A stretch of DNA of 63,757 nucleotides, counting the filler. It is 5 parts of 5 records of this genome, joined end to end, with 100 filler letters (N's around TTAATTAATTAA, not from the genome) between each part and the next. Parts side by side here need not be neighbours in the genome. Positions count along the whole stretch, not along the records: positions 1 to 25,096 come from DRR723986_2434; 4 more parts are not named here. One strand, 5' to 3'. Both the position numbers and the translations under genes were made by a program. A model generated the notes under the pieces. The model saw only the letters and a program-made list of their open reading frames with translations. It was not told the origin of the DNA and did not search any database. Positions 10,287 through 19,921 of the stretch are shown here, piece by piece. Position 1 is the stretch's first letter, and each line of letters begins with the position of its first letter.

Positions 10287-11804
10287 TCATTCGGCGGACA
10301 GGTCGCTGGTCACTATGCGGAAGCCGAAGACCTTGTCGCGCACGTTGCGGTCGATGCGGGCCCTGTTTGCGGCCCGGTGATCGTCCGGGTCGCGTCCCCA
10401 TGCGCCGCCCCGCAATACCCGACGTGCACAATCGCCGTCCCGTTGGGCCGAGCCATCTGTCGGCGCCGTCACATAGTTGTTGATGTAGCAGTCTTCGACC
10501 CACTCACGTGCATTTCCGAGCATGCCTTTCAGGCCGAACGGGTTTTCGGCCAGCGTATCGACCGGGACCGGAGCGCGGGAGGGGGCGATGGCGGCGTCGA
10601 AATAATCGCCCCACCAATAGGCCGTCGTGGTTCCGCCCCGGGCGGCGTATTCCCATTCCGCTTCGGTCGGCAGCCGGTAGGTCCGGCCTGTCTTGCTGCT
10701 GAGCCAGCGGGCATAGGCATTGGCATCGGACCAGGACACGCCAATGACTGGTTGCCGGCCTTTGCCATAGCCCCGGTCTGAGGGCTCGAAGCCATTGCAT
10801 CCGCCGCCGGCGACACACGCATCCCACTCGTCGAACGTGATCTCGGTCTGCCCGATCGCGAAACTGGGCAGCGTTACCTCATGCAGCGGGTCTTCATTGC
10901 CGGTCCGCCCCGCTTCCGTCGCGGGCGAGCCCATCTGGAAGCTGCCGGCCGGAATGGGGATCATTGCGGGGCACGTGTCGCAATCGGCAAAGGCTGCCAA
11001 CGGATCTTCGACCGGTTCTTCGACAGCGGGCGGCGGCTCCAGCTTCGGGCCCGACATCACCATCGCGGCAACGCCGCCTCCCAGCGCCAGGACGGCCAAG
11101 CCGATGCCGGCAGGGATAAGCCGGTTTGGCTTTGACGCAGGCGTCGGAGCAGGTTGAGGCGGTGAAGCGGGCGGCTGTGTGGCCGGCGCGGGGGCTTGTC
11201 CCGCTGAAGGGCTTGCGACCTTTGCCAGTCCGGCGAGCCGGTTGCGGGCGAGGTCCACAAAATGACCATCGGGATACCGGCTGAGATAGGCCTCGTAGTC
11301 GGCGGGATCTTCACTGTCAGCGATAGAGGTCCAAAAGGTGTTCTCTATGGTTGCATCCTGCGGCGCCACCGAAGGTTCGACTGCGGCAGGCGCGGCGTCT
11401 GTTTTCGCTTCCGAGCGCTCCAGCGCCAAGCGAATATCCGCCACGAAGCCCTTCCAGTGACTGTCTTCGCGGTCGCCATCCCAACCGATGAGGTCAGCGC
11501 TCTGGGTCAGTTCGAACATGATCGGACGTTCGGCATCCTGGATCATTGCGGGAATGACGGTCGAGGTACGTTCGCCCAATGTGGCTTCTGCCCGCACCCA
11601 TTTTGATTTCACGGAAACTTCCGACCAGAGCACAATGACCACGCGGGCATCCCGTAGCATGCCCTCTGTGACTTCGTCATAGGTCTGCCCCGCGCGGAGG
11701 ATCTTGTCCCACCAGACCGTAAAGCCTTCCTGCTCCAGAGCTTTGGCGATCTGTTGTGCCTTCGGCCTGTCCGCCCGGCTGTATGATAGGAAAATGTCTG
11801 CCAC
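10287..11804 (-). CDS. TIR_2 domain - helical motif - Pro linker - TM helix - FGE/sulfatase-modifying (C-type-lectin fold) domain protein
   Basis: TIR: DIFLSYSRADR...VWWD...VIVLWS..SVKSKWVRAE. TM: LIPAGIGLAVLALGGGVAAMVM. FGE: FQMGS, QPVIGVSWSDA, YRLPTEAEWEYAARGG, NPFGLKGMLGNAREW, RVLRGGAW, FGFRIV. Confidence 0.92.
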   Translation of the reverse strand: MADIFLSYSRADRPKAQQIAKALEQEGFTVWWDKILRAGQTYDEVTEGMLRDARVVIVLWSEVSVKSKWVRAEATLGERTSTVIPAMIQDAERPIMFELTQSADLIGWDGDREDSHWKGFVADIRLALERSEAKTDAAPAAVEPSVAPQDATIENTFWTSIADSEDPADYEAYLSRYPDGHFVDLARNRLAGLAKVASPSAGQAPAPATQPPASPPQPAPTPASKPNRLIPAGIGLAVLALGGGVAAMVMSGPKLEPPPAVEEPVEDPLAAFADCDTCPAMIPIPAGSFQMGSPATEAGRTGNEDPLHEVTLPSFAIGQTEITFDEWDACVAGGGCNGFEPSDRGYGKGRQPVIGVSWSDANAYARWLSSKTGRTYRLPTEAEWEYAARGGTTTAYWWGDYFDAAIAPSRAPVPVDTLAENPFGLKGMLGNAREWVEDCYINNYVTAPTDGSAQRDGDCARRVLRGGAWGRDPDDHRAANRARIDRNVRDKVFGFRIVTSDLSAE

Positions 11805-11996
11805 ACTCGTCCCCAGGGTGCTCTCTGACCGGCACCTCTCTTACGGGAACAATTAAGCCGTATTTTTAGTAACCAAGCAATGCACTTGTAAATACGGGGT
11901 TTTTCAATTGAAGGCGGAACAAGTTTTCTTGCGGCAGCGCTTGACGGGTAACTTGACGACGACGGACGATGCGGCGGCAATGACGGGGAGCCTCAC

Positions 11997-12986
11997 ATGC
12001 GTGCGATGGTGTTCGAGAAAGCCGGTGCGCCGCTGGTCCTGAAGGACGTGCCGGATCCTGTGCCGGGCGAAGGCGAGATCCGGATAAAAGTGACGGCCTG
12101 CGCCGTGTGCCGGACCGATCTGCATGTGGTCGATGGAGACCTGAAGAAGCCGAAGCTGCCGCTGATTCCGGGACATGAAATCATCGGTGTCGTCGATGCG
12201 TTGGGGCCGGGCGCGGCGGGCTTTGCCGTGGGTGACCGGGTCGGCGTGCCTTGGCTCGGGCACACCTGCGGGCGTTGCGTCTATTGCCAGCGCCAGCAGG
12301 AGAATCTGTGCGAGGCGGCGGAGTTTACCGGCTACACGCGCGATGGCGGTTTTGCCGAGTATGCGGTGGCCGACGCGCATTACTGCTTTCCGATCCCGGC
12401 TGCCTATTCGGACGAGGCCGCCGCGCCGCTGATGTGCGCGGGGCTGATCGGCTACCGTTCATACCGCATGGCGGGGGGCGGCAAGCGGCTCGGCCTCTAT
12501 GGTTTCGGCGCGGCGGCCCACATCATTGCGCAGGTGGCTGTGCATCAGGGGCGGGAGGTCTATGCCTTTACGAAGGCGGGCGACGAGAAAGGGCAGGATT
12601 TTGCCCGTTCGCTGGGCGCGGTCTGGGCCGGCAATAGTGAGGAGACGCCGCCGCACGTGCTGGATGCCGCGATCATCTTTGCTCCGGTCGGTGCGCTGGT
12701 CCCGGCCGCGTTGAAAGCCGTGGACAAGGGCGGCGCGGTGATTTGCGCCGGTATCCATATGAACGACATTCCCTCCTTTCCGTATACGGACCTATGGGAG
12801 GAGCGGCGCATCCAGTCCGTCGCGAACCTCACGCGGCAGGACGGGGTGGCGTTCCTGAAGATCGCGCCGGAAGCCATGGTGAAAACTTCAACGCACGCCT
12901 ATCCGCTGGAGCGCGCGAACGAGGCGCTGGACGATCTGCGCGCCGGGCGTTTCGAGGGCGCGGCGGTGCTCAGGATGGATCTTTGA
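11997..12986 (+). CDS. Zinc-dependent alcohol dehydrogenase (AdhP-like MDR family)
   Basis: VCRTDLH, GHE, structural Zn CGRCVYC...NLC, Rossmann GLYGFGAAA. Confidence 0.93.
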   Translation: MRAMVFEKAGAPLVLKDVPDPVPGEGEIRIKVTACAVCRTDLHVVDGDLKKPKLPLIPGHEIIGVVDALGPGAAGFAVGDRVGVPWLGHTCGRCVYCQRQQENLCEAAEFTGYTRDGGFAEYAVADAHYCFPIPAAYSDEAAAPLMCAGLIGYRSYRMAGGGKRLGLYGFGAAAHIIAQVAVHQGREVYAFTKAGDEKGQDFARSLGAVWAGNSEETPPHVLDAAIIFAPVGALVPAALKAVDKGGAVICAGIHMNDIPSFPYTDLWEERRIQSVANLTRQDGVAFLKIAPEAMVKTSTHAYPLERANEALDDLRAGRFEGAAVLRMDL

Positions 12987-12990
12987 AGAA

Positions 12991-13021
12991 AAAAGCCCGC
13001 CGGAGGGCATTCCGGCGGGCT
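12991..13021. terminator. Intrinsic terminator (U-tract on minus strand, for phoH)
   Basis: AAAAGCCCGCCGGA...TCCGGCGGGCT hairpin with an A-run on its left. Confidence 0.7.
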
Positions 13022-13047
13022 GAACAATGGGTGCGTTGGGCTTCGTC

Positions 13048-13863
13048 TCAGAGCACGCCGAGCATGTCGGCGACGAGCGGGTGGCGGACGACGTCCTGGC
13101 CTTCGAGCGTCACGACCGCAGCGCCTTCCAGCTTCTCCAGTCGCTCGGCTGCGTTGGCGAGGCCGGAGAATTCCGGCAGCAGGTCCGACTGGGCCGGGTC
13201 GCCGGTGATCACCATGGTGGAGTGCCAGCCAAGGCGTGTCAGCAGCATTTTCAGCTGCGTGTAGGTGCAGTTTTGTGCTTCGTCGATCACGATGAAGGCG
13301 TTGTTGAGCGTGCGTCCCCGCATGAAACCGATCGGCGCGATCTCGATCACACCTTCGGCCAGCATGTGTTTCAGCTGTCCGGGCGAGAGCCGGTCGGACA
13401 GGGCGTCGTAGAGCGGGCGCAGGTAAGGCGCGAGCTTGTCTTCCATGGCGCCGGGCAGGAAGCCGATCTGCTCGCCGGCCTCGACCGCCGGGCGCGAGAG
13501 GATAATGCGCGAGACCTTGCCCTTCTGAAGCGCCTCGACCGCCTTGCAGATGGCGAGATAGGTCTTGCCCGTGCCCGCCGGGCCCAGGGCGGCGACGAGG
13601 GCGTATTCGTCCATCGCCTCCATCAGGCGAGCCTGATTCTCGGAGCGGGGTTTGACATTCTTCTGGTAGCGCTGGGCCCGGTCGCCCTCAGGGGCTGTCG
13701 CGGCGCGTTTGTATTTCTGATCAGCATCGTCGGGATGCCAGGAACGACCTCCATCAATAGCCTGCAGCCGCGGACCCCTCACACGGCCGGTTTCTTCAAA
13801 CCAGGCAGAGGTGTTCACTTCCGAAGCGGTTTTCATGCGCTTGGCTGCGTTGCGTTTTCCCAT
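13048..13863 (-). CDS. phoH: PhoH family ATPase
   Basis: GPAGTGKT, RPAVEAGE..GFLPG, MRGRTL, DEAQN, GDPAQSD, VVRHP. ATG 13863 with AAGGAG upstream. Confidence 0.92.
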   Translation of the reverse strand: MGKRNAAKRMKTASEVNTSAWFEETGRVRGPRLQAIDGGRSWHPDDADQKYKRAATAPEGDRAQRYQKNVKPRSENQARLMEAMDEYALVAALGPAGTGKTYLAICKAVEALQKGKVSRIILSRPAVEAGEQIGFLPGAMEDKLAPYLRPLYDALSDRLSPGQLKHMLAEGVIEIAPIGFMRGRTLNNAFIVIDEAQNCTYTQLKMLLTRLGWHSTMVITGDPAQSDLLPEFSGLANAAERLEKLEGAAVVTLEGQDVVRHPLVADMLGVL

Positions 13864-13888
13864 GGGAGGTCTCCTTGCTGCAGGGACT

Positions 13889-13920
13889 AAAAAAGCCGCT
13901 GGCAGGAATGCACAGCGGCT
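13889..13920 (-). terminator. Intrinsic terminator inside the phoH 5' leader
   Basis: Minus strand AGCCGCTG-loop-CAGCGGCT-TTTTT, about 25 nt before the phoH start. Confidence 0.7.
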
Positions 13921-14116
13921 GGCTGGAAACTTGGGGGGAAGGGGAGGCAACACGCCCGATGGGCGGCAGGACCTCAACCCGGTATCTTCCGGGCGGCGGG
14001 GTATGACACAGTCTCAGGATGACCGTACTCCACGTCCGAATCTGTTGATGAATAGACACTACCAGAGTTATCAGGTGGTAAACATTAAATCCGCAAGCGA
14101 AATGAAGGGATGAGGC

Positions 14117-14647
14117 ATGGCAATTTTCGAGATGGATGGAAATCGACCAGACCTGCCTGAAAGCGGCAACTACTGGGTCGCCGAAACGGCCCAGGTGATG
14201 GGCAATGTCATCCTGAAGGAAAATGCGTCTGTCTGGTATGGCTCGGTGCTGCGCGGAGACAATGACCCGATCACGATCGGCGAGAATTCCAACATTCAGG
14301 ACAGCTGCGTTCTGCACACGGATGTCGGCAAACCGCTGACCATCGGGCGGGATGTGACCGTTGGCCATATGGTCATGCTACACGGCTGCACGATCGGCGA
14401 CGAGACGCTGATCGGCATTGGCTCGATCATCCTGAACGGCGCGAAGATCGGCAGGAACTGCATCATCGGGGCGAATTCCCTTATCCCCGAGGGTAAGGAA
14501 ATTCCCGATAATTCATTGGTGATGGGCGCGCCGGGCAAGGTGGTGAAGCCGGTCTCCGAGCATCAGATCCAGGTGATCAGGATGTCGGCGGTGCACTATG
14601 TCGAAAACTGGAAGCGCCACAAGACGGGCCTGAAACGGATCGACTGA
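14117..14647 (+). CDS. Gamma carbonic anhydrase family protein (YrdA/CaiE-like)
   Basis: Hexapeptide repeats, LRGD, NIQD..LH, TVGH..MLHGC. Confidence 0.92.
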   Translation: MAIFEMDGNRPDLPESGNYWVAETAQVMGNVILKENASVWYGSVLRGDNDPITIGENSNIQDSCVLHTDVGKPLTIGRDVTVGHMVMLHGCTIGDETLIGIGSIILNGAKIGRNCIIGANSLIPEGKEIPDNSLVMGAPGKVVKPVSEHQIQVIRMSAVHYVENWKRHKTGLKRID

Positions 14648-14677
14648 TCCAGGCATCAATAGCCCGGACCGGCCGGA

Positions 14678-15289
14678 TCAGAGTAAATCGCGTTCGTCTT
14701 TCTGGAGGTAACGCACGGCAAAGCCGTCACGGCCCGTGCGGACAACTTCCGCCGGGATCGTGCCTGCACTGACAATCTCGCCAAGCTTCGGCATGGCGGC
14801 GCCCTTGCACTCGAAATTGGCACCGGTCAGCGAAATGTCGAGCACGCGGCAATTCAGGATCTGGCCGCTGCGGCGCAGGACCTGTGCGGGTACGTCGGCG
14901 GCATAACGTGGGGCTTCACGCTCTTCGGACAGGTTCAGCATGTCCTTGTTGAGCAGCCAGATCAGGCGGTCCGCAATCTTCTCGCGCTTGTGCGCGGCGA
15001 CATTGAACGACAGGGCAAACCCTTCACCAGTATGGCGCACAACGGTGGCGACCACGCGGCCAAGGTCATCGAAATAGCAGACGAGTTCGGCCCCGGGATC
15101 GGGCAGGGTCGAAGACTGGACCAGTGCGCCTGAACAGGAGAGATTGATCGTCGAAAGCGAAGCATCATCCCCGATATGGGTGAGGAATCGGCCCGGAAGC
15201 TGAATGTCCACGCGCTTATGGCGGCGGCGATCGAAATATTCTTCTGGCGTTTCTGACGTCATCAGAGCCTGAGAAGTAGAGAAGGTCAT
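14678..15289 (-). CDS. Tandem PilZ domain protein (c-di-GMP effector)
   Basis: RRRHKR...NLSCSG and EREAPR...DISLTG motifs; AGGAG SD. Confidence 0.88.
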   Translation of the reverse strand: MTFSTSQALMTSETPEEYFDRRRHKRVDIQLPGRFLTHIGDDASLSTINLSCSGALVQSSTLPDPGAELVCYFDDLGRVVATVVRHTGEGFALSFNVAAHKREKIADRLIWLLNKDMLNLSEEREAPRYAADVPAQVLRRSGQILNCRVLDISLTGANFECKGAAMPKLGEIVSAGTIPAEVVRTGRDGFAVRYLQKDERDLL

Positions 15290-15419
15290 CAATCACTCCT
15301 TGAGCTGACCCGTCCTTTCGGACTACTTCTCCCCACGCTCTTTACTTAGCACGCTTTCGTTCACAAAGTGTTGCATCAATCGTCGGAATTCTACCGGCGG
15401 ACGAGGAAAACAGGATCCC

Positions 15420-17060
15420 ATGGAACGCTATGATTACGTAATCGTTGGTGCAGGAAGCGCCGGATGTACCCTTGCCAATCGGCTGTCGGCTGACCCGGCG
15501 GTAAAGGTATGTCTGATTGAAGCGGGCAAGAAAGACAACTCGCTGATGGTGCGTATGCCGGCGGGGGTCGGGAGCCTGATCAAGGAAGAAAACGATTTCA
15601 ACTGGGGGTTTTGGACCGAGCCGCAAAAACACATGAACGGACGCAAGCTCTACTGGCCGCGCGGCCGGGGCTGGGGCGGCTCGTCCTCCATCAACGGCAT
15701 GATCTACATCCGTGGCCACGCTGGCGATTATGACCAATGGGGCCAGATGGGCCTGAAGGGCTGGGACTATGCGAGCGTCCTGCCGTACTTCAAGAAATCG
15801 GAAACCCTGGACAAGGGCGAGGACGCTTTCCACGGCGGCAGCGGCCCGCTGAACGTGTCGTCATCGCCGATGTCCAGCCCGATCTATCGCGCCTTTATCA
15901 AGGCCGGGGAACAGGCGGGCTATGCCAGGACTGATGACTTCAATGGCGCCCAACAGGAAGGGTTCGGCCCTTACCAGCGCACCATCCACAAAGGCGAACG
16001 CTGGAGCGCCTCCTACGCTTACCTGCGCCCGATCGTGGGCGTGCGGGACAATCTGACCGTCATCTCCACTGGCCGGGTGACCCGTGTCCTGTTCGAAGGC
16101 ACGCGTGCCACGGGTGTGGAAGTGGTGGAAGGCAAGGGTGGCTTGCCGCAGTCGATCTTTGCCGACGGCGAGGTGATCGTCTGTGCCGGCGCTGTCCAGT
16201 CCCCGCAGATCCTGCAGCTGTCGGGCATCGGCAATGCAGAGCATCTTGGCCGGTTCGACATCAAGACTGTCGTGGACTCCAAGGGCGTTGGCCAGAACCT
16301 GCAGGACCACCTTGATGTGACGGTCATCCATGAGATGACCCAGCCGATCTCTGCCTATTCGATGCAGAAGGGCCTCAAGAAGCTGGGCGTGGGACTGCGG
16401 TATCTGATGAACCAGACGGGGCCAGGCGCAGACAATTTCCTGCAGGCAGGGGCGTTCCTGAAATCCCGTCCCGGCCTCGAAATGCCGGACCTGCAGCTGC
16501 ACCTCGTCAACGCCATCATGATGGATCATGGCAAGCACGACCCGCAAAAGGATGGCTACACGGTTCACGCCTGCCAGCTGCGCCCGGAAAGCCGGGGCAC
16601 GGTCTGCCTCGCCTCGAACGACCCGTTCGCCAATCCGTCGATCGACCCGAACCATCTGGCGACGGAAGAAGACCGCCGCGCCATGCGGGAAGCAGTGAAG
16701 ATGGTGCGCGAAGTCTGTCAGCAGGAAGCGCTGAAGCCGTTCACCGGCTCAGAGATCATGCCTGGTCCAAACGCCACGTCCGATGAAGACATCGATTCCT
16801 TCATCCGCCGCACCGGCGAGACGATCTATCACCCGGTCGGAACGGTCGCGATGGGCGTCAGCGATACCCAGCCGCTGGATGGCGAGCTGAAAGTGAAAGG
16901 CGTGGAAGGCCTGCGCGTCGTCGACGCTTCGGTCATGCCGACGCTGATCGGCGGTAACACCAATGCGCCGACGATCATGATCGCGGAAAAAGCAGCCGAC
17001 CTGATCCTGAAAAAGCCGCTTCTGAAGCGTGCGGAACTGGCTGATATGGCGAGCGCGTAA
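15420..17060 (+). CDS. GMC family oxidoreductase (choline dehydrogenase-like)
   Basis: GAGSAG, GGSSSINGMIYIRG, SPQILQLSGIG, NLQDH, YHPVGT, GNTNAPTIMIAEK. Confidence 0.92.
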   Translation: MERYDYVIVGAGSAGCTLANRLSADPAVKVCLIEAGKKDNSLMVRMPAGVGSLIKEENDFNWGFWTEPQKHMNGRKLYWPRGRGWGGSSSINGMIYIRGHAGDYDQWGQMGLKGWDYASVLPYFKKSETLDKGEDAFHGGSGPLNVSSSPMSSPIYRAFIKAGEQAGYARTDDFNGAQQEGFGPYQRTIHKGERWSASYAYLRPIVGVRDNLTVISTGRVTRVLFEGTRATGVEVVEGKGGLPQSIFADGEVIVCAGAVQSPQILQLSGIGNAEHLGRFDIKTVVDSKGVGQNLQDHLDVTVIHEMTQPISAYSMQKGLKKLGVGLRYLMNQTGPGADNFLQAGAFLKSRPGLEMPDLQLHLVNAIMMDHGKHDPQKDGYTVHACQLRPESRGTVCLASNDPFANPSIDPNHLATEEDRRAMREAVKMVREVCQQEALKPFTGSEIMPGPNATSDEDIDSFIRRTGETIYHPVGTVAMGVSDTQPLDGELKVKGVEGLRVVDASVMPTLIGGNTNAPTIMIAEKAADLILKKPLLKRAELADMASA

Positions 17061-17264
17061 GCGCCGGCCCGTTTGACTGGCGTGTTCCTGTTGGCGTCTC
17101 TCTAATCCGGGGCGCCAACGGAACCGTGTCGCGAATGGTGTTTAAATAAATTCACAAAAAATCTCTCTGTCGATGAATTAAATTCATTCTGTTGTCATGT
17201 GCCCCGACTAGATCACCCGGCAAACCAGGGATGGCCATAGCAGCTGACAGGAGAATGCAGGATC

Positions 17265-19373
17265 ATGACGACGGACCGCCGCGAGTTTTTGCGTATGATG
17301 GGGGCGGGCGCCGCCGCCGGCGTTGCCACCAATGCCTTTCCTGAAGCGATTGCCCAGGCACTCTCCACACCTGCGGCCAGCGAGACCGGAACCATCCGGG
17401 ACGTGAAACACATCGTCATCCTGATGCAGGAAAACCGCTCGTTCGATCATTATTTCGGGACGTTGCGCGGCGTGCGCGGATTTGGAGATCGCCACACGGT
17501 TCCCATGGAAAGCGGCAAGCCGGTTTGGTTCCAGTCCGACGGTCAGAAAGAGATCCCGCCTTTCCATCTTGATACGAAGACAACCAATGCCATCGCCCAC
17601 CCGGGCACGCCGCATTCGTTCGGAGATTCGCAGGCGGCCTGGAACCAGGGCAAGTTCGGATACTGGCCGAAATACAAAAATCCTTTCTCGATGGGATATT
17701 TCAAGCGTGAGGACGTACCGTTCCAGTTCGCACTGGCCGAAGCGTTCACTATCTGCGACGCCTATCACTGCTCGATCACAACCGGCACGGACCCGAACCG
17801 AATCGTTTTCTGGTCAGGCTCCAACCATGATCCGGAGCTGCGCGCGCGGGGGATCAACGGCACAGAAGCGGACAGCGAGCCGAACAATCTGCGCTGCTGG
17901 ATCAAGGGCACCTTGCCGGAACCGGGCTATACCTATCAGGGCTCGGCCCTGCCGTGGCAGACCCTTCCGGATGTCCTGGAAGAGGCTGGCGTCTCCTGGC
18001 GTATTTATCAGGACACGAACGATAACTGGACCGGCGCCATGCATGGCGGCCTGGCCTTCAAAAGCTTCCGTGAGGCGAAGCCCGGCTCGCCGCTTTACGA
18101 GAAGGGGATGCGGGACTTCTCGCTTGAGCGATTTGCGGCCGATGTGGAGGCTGGCACGCTCCCGGAAGTTTCCTGGATCCTGCCGCCGAAAGACTGGTCG
18201 GAGCATCCGAGCGCGTCGACACCGCTGCAAGGCGCTGAATACACGTCCCGTATCCTGAAAGCCCTGACGGCCAATGCGGAGGTCTGGAGCCGCACCGTCT
18301 TCTTCCAGACATTCGATGAGAATGATGGCCTGTTCGATCACCTGCCGCCGGCAGCCCCGCCATCCTACACAGTAGATGGCGAACTGGCGGGCAAGTCGAC
18401 CGTGGATGTGAAGGGCTTCTATTTCTCCGACCCGGAGAAGCGGTTGCTGGAAGAAGACGACACGATCAGCGGTTCCGTCCGTCCCTGGGGTCTTGGCCCG
18501 CGTGTGCCGTTTTATGTCGTTTCGCCATGGAGCCGCGGCGGCTGGGTGAACAGCCAGGTCGCCGATCACACGTCGGTGGGCATGTTCCTCGAGAAACGGT
18601 TCGGCGTGACGGTGCCCGCGATCAGCCCCTGGCACCGCGCGGTCTGCAGCGACCTGACTTCATGCTTTGATTTCCAGACACCTAACGAGCCGGTCTTCCC
18701 GGACCTGCCGCCTGCCGAAGGATCGCAGAAAGCCGTACTGGCTCAGATCCACCGCCGGCGCATCGAGCCGCCGGCCGAGCCGCAGCTCCTGTCGCAAGAG
18801 CAGGGCACGCGGCTGTCGCGGGCGCTGCCTTATGCTCTGGACGTCATGGCAGAGGCCAATCCGGAAACGATCTCGCTGAAATTTTCCAATACGGGAAAGG
18901 CGGGCGCGGTCTTCCATGTTTATGACAAACGCCACCTCGACCGCATTCCGCGCCGTTACACGGTTGAAGCCGGCAAGGCGATTTCGGATGCTTGGGAGCT
19001 CGGCCAGGACGCCGGTCAGTATGACCTTTGGGTGCTGGGGCCGAACGGCTTCCTGCGCACGTTCCAAGGCGAAGCTTCGACGGCAATCGAAACCTCTGAA
19101 AAAATGAATTTGCGTACACGGATCGCTACCCTGATGATCAAGAACAAGGGCCTGACGAAGCGGGAACTGTCTCTGTCTGCAGGAGTCTATGACGGCTCTG
19201 AACCGGTCTCGGTGACCGTAGGCGCAGGCAAGACTGTGAAACGGGAATTTGAAACCAGCGGCAGCGGTGCCTGGTACGACATCACGGTGTCCGCGGAAGG
19301 GTTCGAACGTCGCCTCGCTGGCCGGATCGAAACGGGCCGCGACAGTATCAGCGACCCGGCGATGGGCGTTTAG
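17265..19373 (+). CDS. Phospholipase C, phosphocholine-specific type (phosphoesterase + DUF756), Tat-exported
   Basis: Twin-arginine DRREFL; MQENRSFDHYFG, FTICDAYHCS, T..NR, SEHP, DENDG, GLGPRVP, SPWSRGG. Confidence 0.92.
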   Translation: MTTDRREFLRMMGAGAAAGVATNAFPEAIAQALSTPAASETGTIRDVKHIVILMQENRSFDHYFGTLRGVRGFGDRHTVPMESGKPVWFQSDGQKEIPPFHLDTKTTNAIAHPGTPHSFGDSQAAWNQGKFGYWPKYKNPFSMGYFKREDVPFQFALAEAFTICDAYHCSITTGTDPNRIVFWSGSNHDPELRARGINGTEADSEPNNLRCWIKGTLPEPGYTYQGSALPWQTLPDVLEEAGVSWRIYQDTNDNWTGAMHGGLAFKSFREAKPGSPLYEKGMRDFSLERFAADVEAGTLPEVSWILPPKDWSEHPSASTPLQGAEYTSRILKALTANAEVWSRTVFFQTFDENDGLFDHLPPAAPPSYTVDGELAGKSTVDVKGFYFSDPEKRLLEEDDTISGSVRPWGLGPRVPFYVVSPWSRGGWVNSQVADHTSVGMFLEKRFGVTVPAISPWHRAVCSDLTSCFDFQTPNEPVFPDLPPAEGSQKAVLAQIHRRRIEPPAEPQLLSQEQGTRLSRALPYALDVMAEANPETISLKFSNTGKAGAVFHVYDKRHLDRIPRRYTVEAGKAISDAWELGQDAGQYDLWVLGPNGFLRTFQGEASTAIETSEKMNLRTRIATLMIKNKGLTKRELSLSAGVYDGSEPVSVTVGAGKTVKREFETSGSGAWYDITVSAEGFERRLAGRIETGRDSISDPAMGV

Positions 19374-19921
19374 CCGTTGGAGGCCACCAGTTTCACGCGC
19401 GGCTCACTCATTCGGGTATCAGGCGGGACCAGCATCGAGACCCGGTGACGCCAGACGGGGCGGCCTTTCAGCATGGGCTCACCGCCGAGCGTCTGGTAGA
19501 GGCCCAGCAGGCGGTTGCTGTCCGGGCGTTCGGTCTGTTTGGCCAGCGGCATGACGGTGAGTTCCAGCTCGACGCGCTGGCCTGTCATTGTCTCGCCGCG
19601 GCCGCGGATGACGCCCGGGGCGCCGTCCAGCTGCACGGCATCGAGGAAGGCCGACATCATCGATTTGTCCGGCCCGGACCAGAGGTGCAGAAAATCATGG
19701 TCCACCAGCGGCCGGCCCAGCAGGCCGGTCAGTGATCCGCCAGCCGTGCGGAACAGCCAGGCGCCGTCGCGTTTGTTCTCGAGAACGAAGAGGCGATCGA
19801 TCAGGCCGGGATGGTCTTCGACCCGTGGCGACTCAATCGCGCCGGAAGCGTTGTTTGCGTTCATGCGACGCCAGGCGTCCAGCAGGACTCTGGTGTTGGG
19901 ATGAATGGACTGGTCATTCAT
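19370..19921 (-). CDS. PAS-fold (PAS_5-like) protein
   Basis: HPNTRVLLDAWRR...LFVLE...FRTAG...ELELTVMPL...RLLGLYQ pattern typical of alphaproteobacterial stand-alone PAS proteins. Confidence 0.75.
   Translation of the reverse strand: MNDQSIHPNTRVLLDAWRRMNANNASGAIESPRVEDHPGLIDRLFVLENKRDGAWLFRTAGGSLTGLLGRPLVDHDFLHLWSGPDKSMMSAFLDAVQLDGAPGVIRGRGETMTGQRVELELTVMPLAKQTERPDSNRLLGLYQTLGGEPMLKGRPVWRHRVSMLVPPDTRMSEPRVKLVASNG

Noticed and set aside
10287-10420. DGR variable region in the FGE/CLec C-terminus
   Set aside because: No reverse transcriptase and no second near-identical template repeat seen in the contig.
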